A program made the translations under genes and the position numbers. 64,000 bases of DNA. Source: the human T2T-CHM13v2.0 reference genome, Homo sapiens. Where the stretch lies: assembly GCF_009914755.1 (NCBI RefSeq), contig NC_060930.1. One strand, 5' to 3'. Below the pieces are notes generated by a model. It searched no databases, was not told the origin of the DNA, and was given only the letters and a program-made list of their open reading frames with translations. Below are positions 44,621 to 58,073 of this stretch, in pieces (positions within the stretch are counted from its first letter, which is position 1; each line of letters begins with the position of its first letter).

Positions 44621-45924
44621 GTCTGCCCGGTTTCACTGTCTACAGTTTGCTGCCTTGCTTAGAGATGGCCTGTCTCCTTGACCATGTATGAATCTTTCTC
44701 TAGTGCAGATATCAGGAATCTGAATTTCCGGGGCATAACGTGTGCACAGATGCAGCTTCAACAGATTCATCATATCATCCCCTTCAGAGCTGCTGTGACA
44801 GTTTACACCAGATTAACTCTCAGTTTCCAGAAAAAGAGGAAACTCTGGCCTAGAAACTGGAAGCGCCAGAATCAGTCCCAGTTTCCCAGTTCACAGTCTC
44901 ACCCACTTCCCTCCACATACTCTCCATAACGAGACTACATTCCAGTCCTACACTAAGGTTTCACAAATGCTGGAGTTGATGGGGCAATGGTTAACATTCA
45001 TTAAGTGAGAGCCAAAGGCCAAGCAGTGCTAATCTTCCATTGAATGGGCCCTGCAGCTACTGGCAGTGGGTTTTAATTGGGTTTTCTATTAAAGCAATTT
45101 TCTCCTCAGTGATTTATCATAAAGAAATGACACAATTAAGTCTCATTTGGAAACACTAATGAATTATTTAGCATGGACCAGGCAAAAAGAAAACATGACC
45201 TCCATTAGCCTCATCTGAGGTGAAGGAAGAAAATCCTGAAGAAACGGACTAATAAGAATGTAGGAAATGGGAGCATGAAGAGTTACATATCAAAACAGCT
45301 TTCTACATCATCTCCCTCATTCTATTCAACCTCCCATCCCAATTTATTAAATAACAATTCACAAGACAAATCTTTGTAAAATTGTATCTTGATCTATTTT
45401 GTGCCTGTTTTTCACTAACCCAGCTAATAAGGATGGTCCCTTAGTCTGTTATTCAATCCTCATCTTCTCTGGTTCCTCCCTTTCTGTCTTTTATCTTTAT
45501 TCTCCCTCAGAAACTGGATGTGGCTAAATCCCTAAGCTCACAAATATCTTCTTAAAGATCCTCTCCTCACTCATCCTGAGCACCCCATTATCTCTGCACA
45601 GATGGAGACTTAGAAGGAAAACTAGGCTTGGTTTGTCCTCACAACAACAACAGCCAAGATAATGTCCAGATCTAAAATTGCAGCACATTCTTGATAGATT
45701 TTAGCTAAGCTCAGCAGTAGCTTCCATCATAAACAAATTTTACTTCTGCCTGTGTGATGAAGATAAAAATGTCACAATTCACAGCAGCCATTTCTGACTC
45801 TAATAGTATGAAGGGATGTTTCTCCATACACTCAGCTTTCTGAAGTCTGCTGCTAAACTGGCTCTCCAAATAATGTGTGTGTGTGCATGCACACATGTGT
45901 ATCTGCACAAACACACACACACAT

Positions 45925-46050
45925 CAACTAATTTGCAGCATTTGCCAATTTCTGTGGTGTAAATACTCCCACTACGACTAACCTCAAACTCCAGTGGGCC
46001 GAAGATTCCTGAATATCTAACAACCAATTCTTCAGAGCCAGCACCAGCAG
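45925..46050 (-). mobile_element. MER63-like hAT fragment
   Basis: gcatttgccaatttctgtggtgtaaatactcccac...attcctgaatatctaacaacc. Confidence 0.7.
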
Positions 46051-48149
46051 ATTCCAGTCTTATAGAAGACTCCAGACTCTTATTGAAGACCCTGATTGGA
46101 TTCTTTGCATATGGACTGCATATGGAAAGTAAGCCCCAAAGGCAGAAAAACAAACAGCAACAGAACTGTCTACGTGTTAACTGAAATTGGCTGTGAGCTC
46201 GAGGAACTAAAGCAGCCAATAGAAGAGTTTGGGGAGGGGAGAACAGCAATGAGAAATTCCTGTAACAGTCTCCTCTAAGGACTTTTAAAATCGGGGTATT
46301 TTAATTTGATTTAAATGATTTGCAATGTTGTAATATAAATTCCCCCTGTAAATTGGAGCCTTCAGGGAAAGTCAGGCCCCTCTCAACCCTGTGCAGATAA
46401 GTATTCTTGAGAGTAAGAACATATCAGGTGGTTTCTAGCATGGAATAATGTAATAAGGAAAAGAGCAACACACACCCAGTGCTGAGGCTGAGATAATCCC
46501 ACTAAACTGAACTTACTCAGTAGAAGCAGAGAAACAGAGCTAATGAAGGAAAACAGCACATCTCACCACCACATTTACCTAAAAGAGTTGCACAGAGACT
46601 TTTAGGTAAATGTCCCTCACTGCCAGAGGAATAAAGGTTCAAGTGAATTCCATTTGACTCTCTCAAGCCAGGGTGATCTCAGCAGAATCTGCATTACAGA
46701 GTCAAAGTATATTACTTTCTTCCATGTTCTATCTCTATGGTGACATGTCTTACACACCAAAAATAACGAGGCAGACTGGAAGAGTCAAAACTCCCATTGT
46801 CAGCCAGACATAAACCTAGCAGAGAATAAATTTGGATGTGAGCAAAGCATTTAGTTAACAGGTCAGCGGGCATAGTCACGCTAGATCTGGAATCTAGGAG
46901 GCAGGCACTAGTGAGCGAGGAATAGGGGATAAACACTTTCCAAATGGCCACGTTAAGGTGCTTTGTCCAGAAAGTCATTACAGTCAAGTTGGACAAAAGT
47001 TCAGTGAGCCAAAGACAGATAAGCTGCACTTCCATAACCAGGGGTTCAGCAGAAGCAGGAGAAAGAAAGAGAGAGGCAGTAAATCCAACAGATAATCCAA
47101 CAGCCAGAAGGGCAGCTTTCTCCAGATGGCACTTGGGACCTTGATTGCTGATGATAAAGACAGCAGTGGAATGCTCTCTGCCCTGGTGTGGAGCCCCCAC
47201 CCATGTGGGTGAGCAAATGTCAGCCTGTGGCTGCCAGCTGCTAGGAAGAGGAGACCCACTGCCCATGGCTGCAGCTGACAGCCTCCTCAGGTCTCTCATC
47301 TCTAGTCAGGTAGGTTTCAACACTGTAGGCTACCAACTTTCTTGATTAAACTATAGGTGGATAACAAGTAGTCATCTTTTGTCATTTTTTTCCATTCTGT
47401 GGGACACCAGCTCTCCAGGAGAAGCCCCTGCCAGTTGAATGGGTTGAATTCATCCCCATGTAATGAGTTCTAACTGTGTGACTACCTTTCAGCTTTGGAA
47501 ACCATAGAGGAAAACACAGTACAACAACTCTGATTGAAGGCACAGTAATATTTTAATAGACAATTTGATGATCAGCAAAATAAAAATTAGGCAGCATTAG
47601 CAGACACAAATGTCCAAGGAGCCCAGTAACAGCAGCCATATTATAGACCAGGAATATCAAAGAATACCACCTATGACTCTATAGAGTCTTATTTGCCCCC
47701 TTTGCACAGAGAAGAATGAACTCATGGGCAAAAGACTTACGAGAGAACTGATGATCTTTAAACACTTGCACATTTTTTCATAGGAATAAATCCTTTTGGT
47801 TTTAAGCATCACGCTGCTCAGAAAAGAAGGAGCTTGGCAATTAGCATGCTGCCTGCACACTAAGAAAATCTCACACAGTCAGATACACCCTGGAATTCAT
47901 CCTAGTGATTTTATTAAGTCTCACCCAGCTCTAAATTACTGATTCAGAGCTCAGAAACGGCACCACAGGAGGCTGAAAGAAGTCATTTAGATGCCCAACG
48001 TTTCTGCATCCTTCTGAGTCGTCTGGCCAACATGCCATTGCCGAGGAAGTTAGGCAAGAATCTAAAGTACCTCACCATCTCTCAAAGCCACCACTTTTCT
48101 CCATCCGGCTGGTGGTCCCTAGCTCTAGGCCCCCATTTCTTTCAGGGGG

Positions 48150-48770
48150 TCTTTCTAAATCCAGTCTCACCCCTTCCCAACTTCTACATAGCATCCCAGC
48201 GTGATCTTTCTAAAGAACAGGTCTGATTATGTTGTTGCTCTGTTTAAAACCACACAATAGTTACCCATTGCTCTTAAAATGAAGGATAAACTCGGTAATA
48301 TAATTTAGAAGGCCCAGCATCGTTTGCCCCTCCCTTCCTTGTTGGCTTCCTCCCTCCCCACCATCCTCACCACAACTCCTTATGCCCTCCTGCTCCAGAA
48401 ATACTGAACTCCAGAGTCTGGAGCGATGAACTCTCTCCCATTCCTGGACCTTCACATCTGCTGGTCCCTCTGGCTAGAACAGTGATCCCCTTGTGCCTTT
48501 GACTAATTAAGTCTGATTCACTCCTCCAGGTTGGATGAGGTTTATTCTGGAAAGTTTGTCTTGACTCCAAGCCCTGAGTGCAGGACTTACAGCTCTGGCC
48601 AACATCTGCCACCACCCTTATCACACCCTCATCTGTCACCACTACTGGTTCATCTAGCAGCCCCGCCACACTGCTCTGTGAGTTCTGTGAGGTCAGGCAC
48701 CGTGCTTGTCTGGTTCACAGATCTATCTCCAGCCCCTAGCATAAAGCCTGCTAGATGGAAAAAGCATTAA
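48150..48770 (+). mobile_element. L2 relic
   Basis: gtgatctttctaaag...tctgattatgttgttgctctgtttaaaac...tggttcacagatctatctccagcccctagca. Confidence 0.7.
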
Positions 48771-49199
48771 GGGTTCATGCAAGTGTTATTGTCTGTATTT
48801 ACCATAGTTGGGATAAAACACCATGAAGCATGTTCTACTTTCTCAATGACTCTTGCTTTGTTTTATACGTTTAGCAATATTGAGTGCATACTTTCTGACA
48901 ATTCAATGAAGAAAAATATTAACAATCCATAGATAAATGGCTGAAAGATATGAAACAGTAATTTACGAAAGAAATTAAGAAGCCAAAAAACACACTGTCT
49001 TACCAACAATTAAAAAAAATACAAATTAAATAATAAAATATGAACTTTGTCTATAAGTTTGTCAAATGCTTTTAAAGATTATTAATAGCTGTGTTGGCAA
49101 GAATGTATGGTACTCACACAGTAAAGTAGTGTAAACTGTAACAATTTTTTAGAAGACAGTTTGACAGCATCTATCAAAATATAAAACATAAATGCCCTT

Positions 49200-49763
49200 T
49201 GTATTAGTCAGGGTTCCCTAGAGGGACAGAACTAATAGGATAGATGTATATAAATGAAAGGGAGTTTATTAAGGAGAATTGACTCACAGGATCACAAGGT
49301 GAAGAATCCCATGATAGGCCATCTACAAGCTGAGGAGCAAGGAAGCCAGTGGTGGACCAGTCCGAGTCCCAAAACCTCAAAAGTAGGGAAGCCAACAGTG
49401 CAGCCTTCAATCTGTGGCCAAAGGCCAGAGAGCCCCTGGCAAACCACTGATGTAAGTCCAACAGTCCAAAAGCTGAAGAACTTGGAGTCTGATGTTCGAG
49501 GGCAGGAAGCATCCAGCACAGGAGAAAAATGAAGGCCGGAAGACTCAGCAGGTCTAGCCTTTCCACGTTTTTCTGCCTGCTTTATTCTAGCCATGCTGGC
49601 AGCTGATTAGATGGTGCCCACCTAGACTGGGGGTGGGTCGGCCTCTTCCAGTCCACTGACTTAAATGTTAATCTCCTTTGGCAACACCCTCACAGACACA
49701 CCCAGGAACAACACTTTGCATCCTTGAATCCAATCAAATTGACACTCAATACTAACCATGATA
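49200..49763 (-). mobile_element. MLT2A (ERVL) solo LTR, MLT2A2-like by length
   Basis: tgtattagtcagggttccctagagggacagaactaatagga...gacactcaatactaacc; 5-bp TSD ccctt at 49195-49199 and 49764-49768. Confidence 0.92.
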
Positions 49764-49788
49764 CCCTTCAACTTACAACTCCACTTTC

Positions 49789-49824
49789 AAGAGTCTCATC
49801 CTCTACCAACTGAACTAGCCAGGC
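49789..49824 (-). pseudogene. Retroposed 5' half of tRNA-Lys(CTT)
   Basis: Minus strand gcctggctagttcagttggtagaggatgagactctt versus tRNA-Lys GCCCGGCTAGCTCAGTCGGTAGAGCATGAGACTCTT; flanked by a 17-bp direct repeat. Confidence 0.88.
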
Positions 49825-51029
49825 ACCTACAACCCCACTTTTATACCAAGGACAAACTAACACAAATTGACATGGATACATATGCAAGAATTTCCATTAA
49901 AGCATTGTTTACAGTAGTGAACAATTAGAAGCCATATAAATGCCCATGAATAGGAGACTGATTAAATATATGATGCTAAATCATATAATAAAATACAATG
50001 CAATTGTTAACAAGAACAATGTGGTCTTAAAGCGGCAAAGAAAGGGCTATATGTGGAAAGTTGTCCATGATTAGTAACTAAATGAAAAAAAAACAAGACA
50101 GAAAGAATATATATTAAATATTGCCATTTTTAGTTTAGAGCAAAGCAAGCAGGAGCAAATCTGTGCCCTGAGTAACAGTCCCTGATTCCCTAGACTTTCA
50201 GAGAGTAAATAGATGATGCATTGGAGCACAGTAAGAACTCCAATGCTGTTTGAATGTTAATTTCAGAAGGGCTAATGTAAACACCCAGCAAGGAGGACAG
50301 ATTCTTAGCAGGAATCCTGGGTATTGAGGCAAGGCCCTATGCCAGTAACCCATTAAGATATAAATGACAGCAACAGTTATTTGCTTAGCACTTCAGAGTT
50401 TATAAAGTACTTTCATAGATATTCTCTCATTTAATTTAATACTCTCAACAATGTCTTGAGATTAGTATCCTTATATTGTGATCAGGAAATCTTCAGATAA
50501 TTTAAAGGAATAAACTCTGCCACCTCTGCAAAGGCAGAGACCAAGTCTGATCAATTTCCCCATAATATTCCAGGCTCCAGTGCATTATCAAAGAAAAAAA
50601 AAAGTGCTCAAAATGTATTTGGTGAGTGAGTGAATGTAAGCAAATTTGCCCCAGCTCTTCCATTTCTAGATGGGGCCTGATTCCACTCAACACGACCACT
50701 GCCAGGAGATAGGCAGGCAGCAGGTGACCATATGAAACAAGGTGTCAAGAATAAAAACCACTATGTGCAGTGGCCTCAACCCCATCTCTTAGAGTAGTGA
50801 AAGCCAGACTCTTCAGGGCAGAAACAATGGCAGCTCTAACAGGTGCCTCTGCAGTGCAGACTAACCAGGGGCGACAGATGCCAGCAGTGCAGTCCGGGAG
50901 AGTACCTGGGGCACTGGGATTTCTGTGAGTTCCAGCTCCCCCACACTCCTGAGATGTCTCTTGCACCAGCATGTGGTGGAATGGTGCACAGACCTGACCT
51001 AATGTCTTTGTTCTGCCCCTTACTACTTT

Positions 51030-51200
51030 CATGGACTAGGGCAAATCCTATAACTTCTCTGAGCCTCTAGTTCCTTTCCTATAAAGTAGGGATGATCATA
51101 GTTGCTACCTAGCAGGGATATAAAGGATTAAATAAGATAATGTAGGTAAAGGACTTAGCAGAGCATCTGATACCTGGTGAGCACTCAATAATTTGCTATT
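51030..51200 (+). mobile_element. MIR
   Basis: taacttctctgagcctctagttcctttcctataaagtaggg...aaggattaaataagataatg...gcactcaataa. Confidence 0.8.
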
Positions 51201-53429
51201 CATTTCTAATTATGACATGGTAGGCTAATCATAAAAAGTATGGCTACAGAAAATCTTCAGAGAACATATTAAGCAAAGATGTATGTTTGTAAATGCATGC
51301 ATATTCATATATGCATATCTGCATGTGTGTTTAAGAAGAGCAAGGAGTCTGGGTCCTGAGCAGGTGTGATTTAATATTTTGATAACAGAAACGAGGTTGT
51401 TTTGAGAAGCTCTCTGGAGAGTGGAATTCTCCAACTGTGTTACTGTCCATTTGGAAAATCATTAAGACAATTAATCCTCAGGCCCAAACCAAAGGCTGAA
51501 GTCACCCTAGATATTTCTCCCCTGTCTGGGCAGCCTTTGTAACATCACTTCACACACCTGGGCACAATTGAGATCCTGTAAGAGGAAGGCATTCTAATTG
51601 GAAGCATGCTGTTTCAACATTCAGCCCCCCAAGTAGTGGTGTTTTGCTGCTTGATTATTGTTAAAACTGAAAGAGATGCCATAACTTGCTGTGCATTTGT
51701 GTCCCAATCACATTTATGTATCAAGAGTCTCTATTCCAACATGGTACCAAGGTGTTATTCCTGCAAATTGGAGATGCCTCCTTTAGCAATTTTGCTCAGA
51801 GTCTATAAACATTGAAGAAATAAAAAGAAATCGCTTTTCTATTAGCACTGATCTCCTACCTGAAATTGTTCACATCCCTGTTGTTAATAGAGCAGCACCA
51901 ATCACTAGAACTCATCACTAGAACTCAGCTATGCTTTTCCCACTGACAATGTTGCCAAAATCCTCTGAACAGGCTACGCAGAGGGTCAGAGCCTGGGCTG
52001 GGCCATCTTTCTCACTAGAACCACCTGACACAGATCTTAAGAAATGTGATTGAGGGGCCCAGGAGACAAAGAGGAAGGCCCAACTCCACACCAGCCCCCA
52101 CCCAAAAGAATAGGAAAATCGAGTATTTCCCCAAGCAAAATTGCTTGTCTACTTTGTGTCTTTCCAGAAGAGAGAAAAGAGCAGTGTGGTATACTCCGCA
52201 CCCATGTGCCAAAATCCTGGTGAGCTGGCATAGGGGTGGCCTGCACTGCTCAGTGGAGGCTTATTCTCCCTTTCCAGGGATAGCACACCTTGGATGTGGG
52301 GTCAGGTGCTCATTGGCCTATTTTAAGGGCACCAGAGACCCAGAGTCAGAATGCACAGCAGGAATACAGAAAGCCTGATGGGTAGGATGCGAGAAGGGAG
52401 GGAAAATTGGCTTTGAGTATTACCTAGGTAAAAGGAAACGTGGGTAGTCCCTTCCAGTGGTCCCTAAATGAACTGTCTACTAAACAGGAGTGTCCCAGCA
52501 ATATTTCTGAAGGCTCAACATGAACGTTTCTGTTCAGTTCCACCAATATATGTAGATCGTGGTCCTACATACTGAGTATATGAACATGACTATGAAAATG
52601 AATACAGCACAGTTCTGGCCCTTGAGGAGCTCACAAGCTAACATCAGAAGTAGAAAAATTAACACCTCCTCTTAATATGCTGTAGTAAATTCAAGATCAG
52701 TCAAGGCTCAAGTGTCACGAAAGCTCAGAAGGGCTCTTTAACCCATCCTGCGGTCCAGGGGGGGCATAGAGAAAGATAACCCTGCAGTTTCTTGCCCATC
52801 ATTCCCAAAAGTTTAAACTCTGTGAAGGTCCACCTGCATACCTGCTGCTCACCTGATTCATGCTGGGTTCCAGAAGCTGTGTAAAAAGCAGCTGCCAATC
52901 TGGACTCTTAGGAACATGGAATGGGAGAGAAGGGGGCACACAAGAGACTCTCCAGCAGCCCAGGGTGGCCAGTACCTACAAGAGGGATCCTGTTCTCAAG
53001 CCTGGGTTCTCTGAGGCTGGAGATGGAATGGACAGAGGAGAAGTTTACTCTCCTTATTACTTGGATGCCTTTAACTCTATTTTCTGTCCCAAAGACTGTA
53101 AAACTCCTATATAGATGTCAGAAGCCCAGAGCTTGAGTGGTTTGCAAAATGAACTTTCACTCACCTCTACGGAGAGGATATCAGCTTCCAGCCTAGTTCT
53201 TAAGCTACATCCCTTACTGGAAGTAAGAGAATTGAATCAATTAATGTGCACACCAACAGTATAAAACAAAAAATGTGTACATTTCTACAAACCATCATCA
53301 GAACAACCTAATCATTTAGTTTTTTCATTTTGATGGATATTTTAATTATGCTGCATCCATAAAATGGAATCATATATAGCCATCAAAAATCAGATTTTCA
53401 AAAAATGATGACAAACTATGATGTTTGCT

Positions 53430-53685
53430 TTTATGACTTGAACGGTGTCCCCGAAAAAAGATATGTTGACATCCTAACCCCCAAAATGTACGAATGTGAC
53501 CTTCTTTGGAAATAGGGTCATGGCCAATGTGATTGAGTGAAACTGACATAAATTAGGGTGTGCCCTGGTCCAATATGATGAACATCCTTATAAGAAGAGA
53601 AAAACCTTGTGAAAACAGAGACACACACAGGGAGGTGCCATGTGACAACAGAGGCAGAGAATGGGGGAAGGCAGTTGCAAGCCTA
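53430..53685 (+). mobile_element. MLT1C-like LTR, 3'-truncated
   Basis: aaaagatatgttgacatcctaaccccc...gaatgtgaccttctttggaaatagggtc...gccatgtgacaacagaggcagaga. Confidence 0.75.
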
Positions 53686-55510
53686 CTGTTAAGGGGGAAA
53701 AAAGGAGTACATAAAACTCTTTTTTGCTGACAAGGGAATTAATGTTTTCACTGTATGTTTACTGGCCCTCTCAATTTCTTTTGTGTGAATTATTTGTTCA
53801 CCTACTTGCAGGAAAGATAATTCTTGAGACTGAGGATTACTCCACACTCCAGCCCAGGGATCTGGATGCTCCAAGATGACTCTTGGCCACCCTGAGTCTC
53901 CTTTGCTCTTCTGAGAATAGGAGCCCAGTGCTCTGAGACTTAAATTTTGAGCCCCTTTATTGTCCCTTACTTCCTTTTCAAAGTTTTGCCTAGCCTCTCA
54001 CCTGAGCTTTCTTTTTCACTTAGAAGAGATATAATGCAAAATTATTTTTGCTGAAATTATTTCCAATGTTTAGGACACATTTCCTGTTCCAAGAGTGTAG
54101 AATTAGTAGAAGTACAATAGCTTAGCAACATCAAACATTGCATACATTTCCTGATTTCGCTGTTACTGTGATCAAGTTCTTGGCAGAGCATCTTCAGAAC
54201 TGAAAATGGGCCCAGCTCACCCGAGCCCTCCACCCTCAAAACCCCAACCCTGTGAAGTGAGAATACACAGGTATGAGAATCCCAACCACACTGGCTTCCC
54301 ATTCTCTCCTCCTGCAGCCCTCATCTCCATCTACAGCAAGCCACAGTCTCTTCCTTCCTTCACAGGGAGCTGGTCACAGGGCTGTTGATGAGAGAGTAGG
54401 GTAGAACACTCAGACGTCAGTTGCTTACTGAGTAACGTCAAACTATAGACCTTTCTGATATGTAGGGATTCTTAAATAAAATCTTCACTCACTTTAATTT
54501 TTCACAAGTATCCTATTATCTGCTTTAATTTCAAACTAATTATTCTCACATTGGGAATACTCAAATTAGTTATCAAGCATATACCCTGATTCTATTTTAG
54601 CCCTTCTCACTTTGAGCTGTTTATGTACTTGCATGAATTTCCACACTAGATAATGAGCTCTTAAATTCAAGGTCATGACTTACTTATTTTTGTATTATCA
54701 CAGCTTGTATATTACATAGCATATGCTCAATATAGTCAATGTTTTTTTTAAAAAAATAGATAATTGGAAGTTTAATCTGAACCTTCCTGACCCAAGAGTG
54801 GTACAGGATAGAGGAACGTGTAGAGAAGGATATGGGAATTACCAGCATACCCTGTAGGGTTTGGTAGTTGGGGCAGTTTAGGGACTATCTGCCAAATGAG
54901 ATGACCTTTGAATTGGGACTTGGAAGATGACTATAATTTCACCAAACAGGCAAGAAGAAATAACATAGAAACCAACCTCAGATTGTGTGGCTGGAACATA
55001 TAGAAGGGAGAGGACACAATGGAAACGTGCAAAAAGTTGTAAAAAGTTTTTCCAGATTGTCCCTTTACCAATAATGATCACAATCATTTTATTGTGAGTT
55101 GACCTTTACTTTATATTCAATAAGTCTTATTTCTGTCATTCAGCAAACATATATTGAGGATCTACATAATTTAAGCCACCTTGTTAGAATTCAGTGTCTG
55201 CCTCAGTCACATCCCTACAATGGGATGTGCTTTGGAAATGTTACTTAGATGTTTTATGTCATTTGTCTTAGTTCTAATCTCATAGGACAAACTAGAAATT
55301 GCACCTTTAATTCCTTAATATCTTCCCACAAAATCTGCATAAATGTTTTCTAGCTACCGTTGTTTAATAAATGCTTTTGGAATTAAACTGATCTAAAGTG
55401 CAAGGATAGTGGAAGAAAGAAAGCTAAAAGGGAAAAAGGGGTAAAAGAAGGAAACCTAGAGGGGAAAACGTCAGTGCAAGAAAAGAAATAATTAGAATTA
55501 AGAAGAAAGG

Positions 55511-55810
55511 GGCCGGGCGCGGTGGCTCACGCCTGTAATCCCAGGATTTTGGGAGGCCGAGGCAGGCGGATCACCTGAAGTCGGAGCTCGAGACCAGCCT
55601 GGCCAACGTGGTGAAACCCTGTCTCTACTAAAAATACAAAAATTAGCTGGGCATGGTGGCAGGTGACTGTAATCCCAGCTGCTTGGGGGAGGCTGAGGCA
55701 TGAGAATTGCTTGAACCCAGAAGGCGGAGGTTACAGTGAGCCGAGATTGCACCACGGCACTCCAGCCTGAGTGACAGAGCTAAATTCTGTCTCAAAAAAA
55801 AAAAAAAAAA
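55511..55810 (+). mobile_element. Alu (AluS)
   Basis: Dimeric Alu; TSD aagaaagg. Confidence 0.95.
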
Positions 55811-56264
55811 GAAAGGGGAATTGATTTGATGATGTTAAAGAACAGAATCTTAGGGCTAGAAGAAATGAATCTTAAGTTTAGATGGATCTCTAGAGGCCAC
55901 CACTGAGGGACACCCGAATTAGGAAGAAGGATGGGCAGGATTTTAATATTTCCTCCAATGCTAAGATTCCAGGTTACATACAGCAATACTACTTTGACTC
56001 ATATTTGATGGTAGAACTCTTTAAATACTCCCAGAGATGTGGCCCTTATGCCCATGTTCTGAGCCATCTGGCAAAAGGTGTGATAGTAGCTATAGCAGCT
56101 GAACTAACTCTACAGTATTGGGCATATGGATACTTGATGAACTTCTGGCGAATTAGATTGATAAATTTCAAAGCATAAAAAATCATGACACTCTTTTCTC
56201 TTATTTCTACAATGTAGTGTCTTGGATATATGAAACCAGAGGACCCTGCCTAGTTAGCATAATC

Positions 56265-56589
<325 letters not shown>

Positions 56590-57683
56590 CTAGCTAGCAT
56601 TATCTAGCCACGTTCATTATACCTGATGAGCCAAATTAACAGCACTGCTCCTAACTTGTGTCAATCAAACTGCTCTTCAAATTTCTTCTGGTAGAAGAAA
56701 CATTCATTCAAAGTTCCACTTCTCCACTATGGTCTTGGTGGTCATATGGGCATCATAACAGTGACACATTCCTCTCCTGTACTGTTTTTATTATATCAAG
56801 CTTGAGTGGACCTTGGGCAAAAGATGACTAATGACACCCCCTTTCCTCTCAATGTGGCACAAATGAATCAGACACCACACCAGGAAGCAGTGAAAATAGA
56901 ATTAGACTATGAATCAGGAGACGTGGGTCTTAGTTAAGTTTTGTCTGTAACTGGTGATGGAATCTTGCAAAGGTCTCTCTAGGCACCGATGATAACCTCC
57001 TCTTCAAAATATGTCCCCATTAAACTTTAACATTCTCTGACTCTTGACTTTTCCCCCAGAATCTACTTGAATTGCTATTTACTATGAAATAGGTTTTATA
57101 TTTTCATTATCTAAATATTTTGAGGAACAAGCATTTCGATGCTTGGTTTAAAAGAAAGAAAGAAAGTCACCCAGCTTATGCATAAGATTTGTCTCCACGG
57201 CAGCAGTTTAGAATAGCAGAAGCCTTTGGCATTGATTCCTCTAGAAATTAGAGGAGTTACTTTATACAAGGTCTACCATTTAGTTAGCTGGACTTTTTTA
57301 GGGCTTCTATATGCAATTGACAAAATTGGAGCCAAAAGAAGCTGAAAAAAAGACAAGCTGAGAAAAGCACATTAAGTTGTTTTAAGTTGTAAAAATATTT
57401 CTCCTCCAAGAAATCAAAGAATTCATTCATTAAACTATCAGGTTTTACTACAAGATAGAACTCAAAATGAAAGAAATCCTTAGTCATTTGCCCCTCAAGA
57501 TGTAGGGACATGATCAAACTTTTAGAGCTACCCATTAATCTTGTAAAGTAGAATAATTTGGCTAATATTTGTACTGGTGGTATTTATATTTGCCACAAAT
57601 AAATAAAGAGAGAGTGAGAAGTTGGCTATCTTTAACCCAGAAGTTCTTCTCTGGTGCCGTCACCTCTGTTGTCATTCTTCTCA

Positions 57684-58073
<390 letters not shown>

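Larger units (their letters stand above)
48900..50130 (+). mobile_element. Old L1 (L1ME-type) 3' portion hosting an MLT2A LTR and a tRNA fragment
   Basis: gtgtaaactgtaacaattttttagaagacagtttgacagcatctatcaaaat; gcattgtttacagtagtgaacaattagaag. Confidence 0.7.

Noticed and set aside
45873-45925. Hairpin formed by (TG)n and (CA)n
   Set aside because: Low-complexity complementarity.
46712-47299. 195-aa minus-strand ORF, the longest non-L1 ORF
   Set aside because: No recognisable domain and no convincing splice or promoter context; compatible with chance.
47735-47830. Possible minus-strand exon (pyrimidine tract and AG, then gtaagt)
   Set aside because: Peptide not recognised and no partner exons; such signals are common by chance.
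51901-51926. 13-bp tandem duplication (atcactagaactc x2)
   Set aside because: Ordinary slippage duplication.
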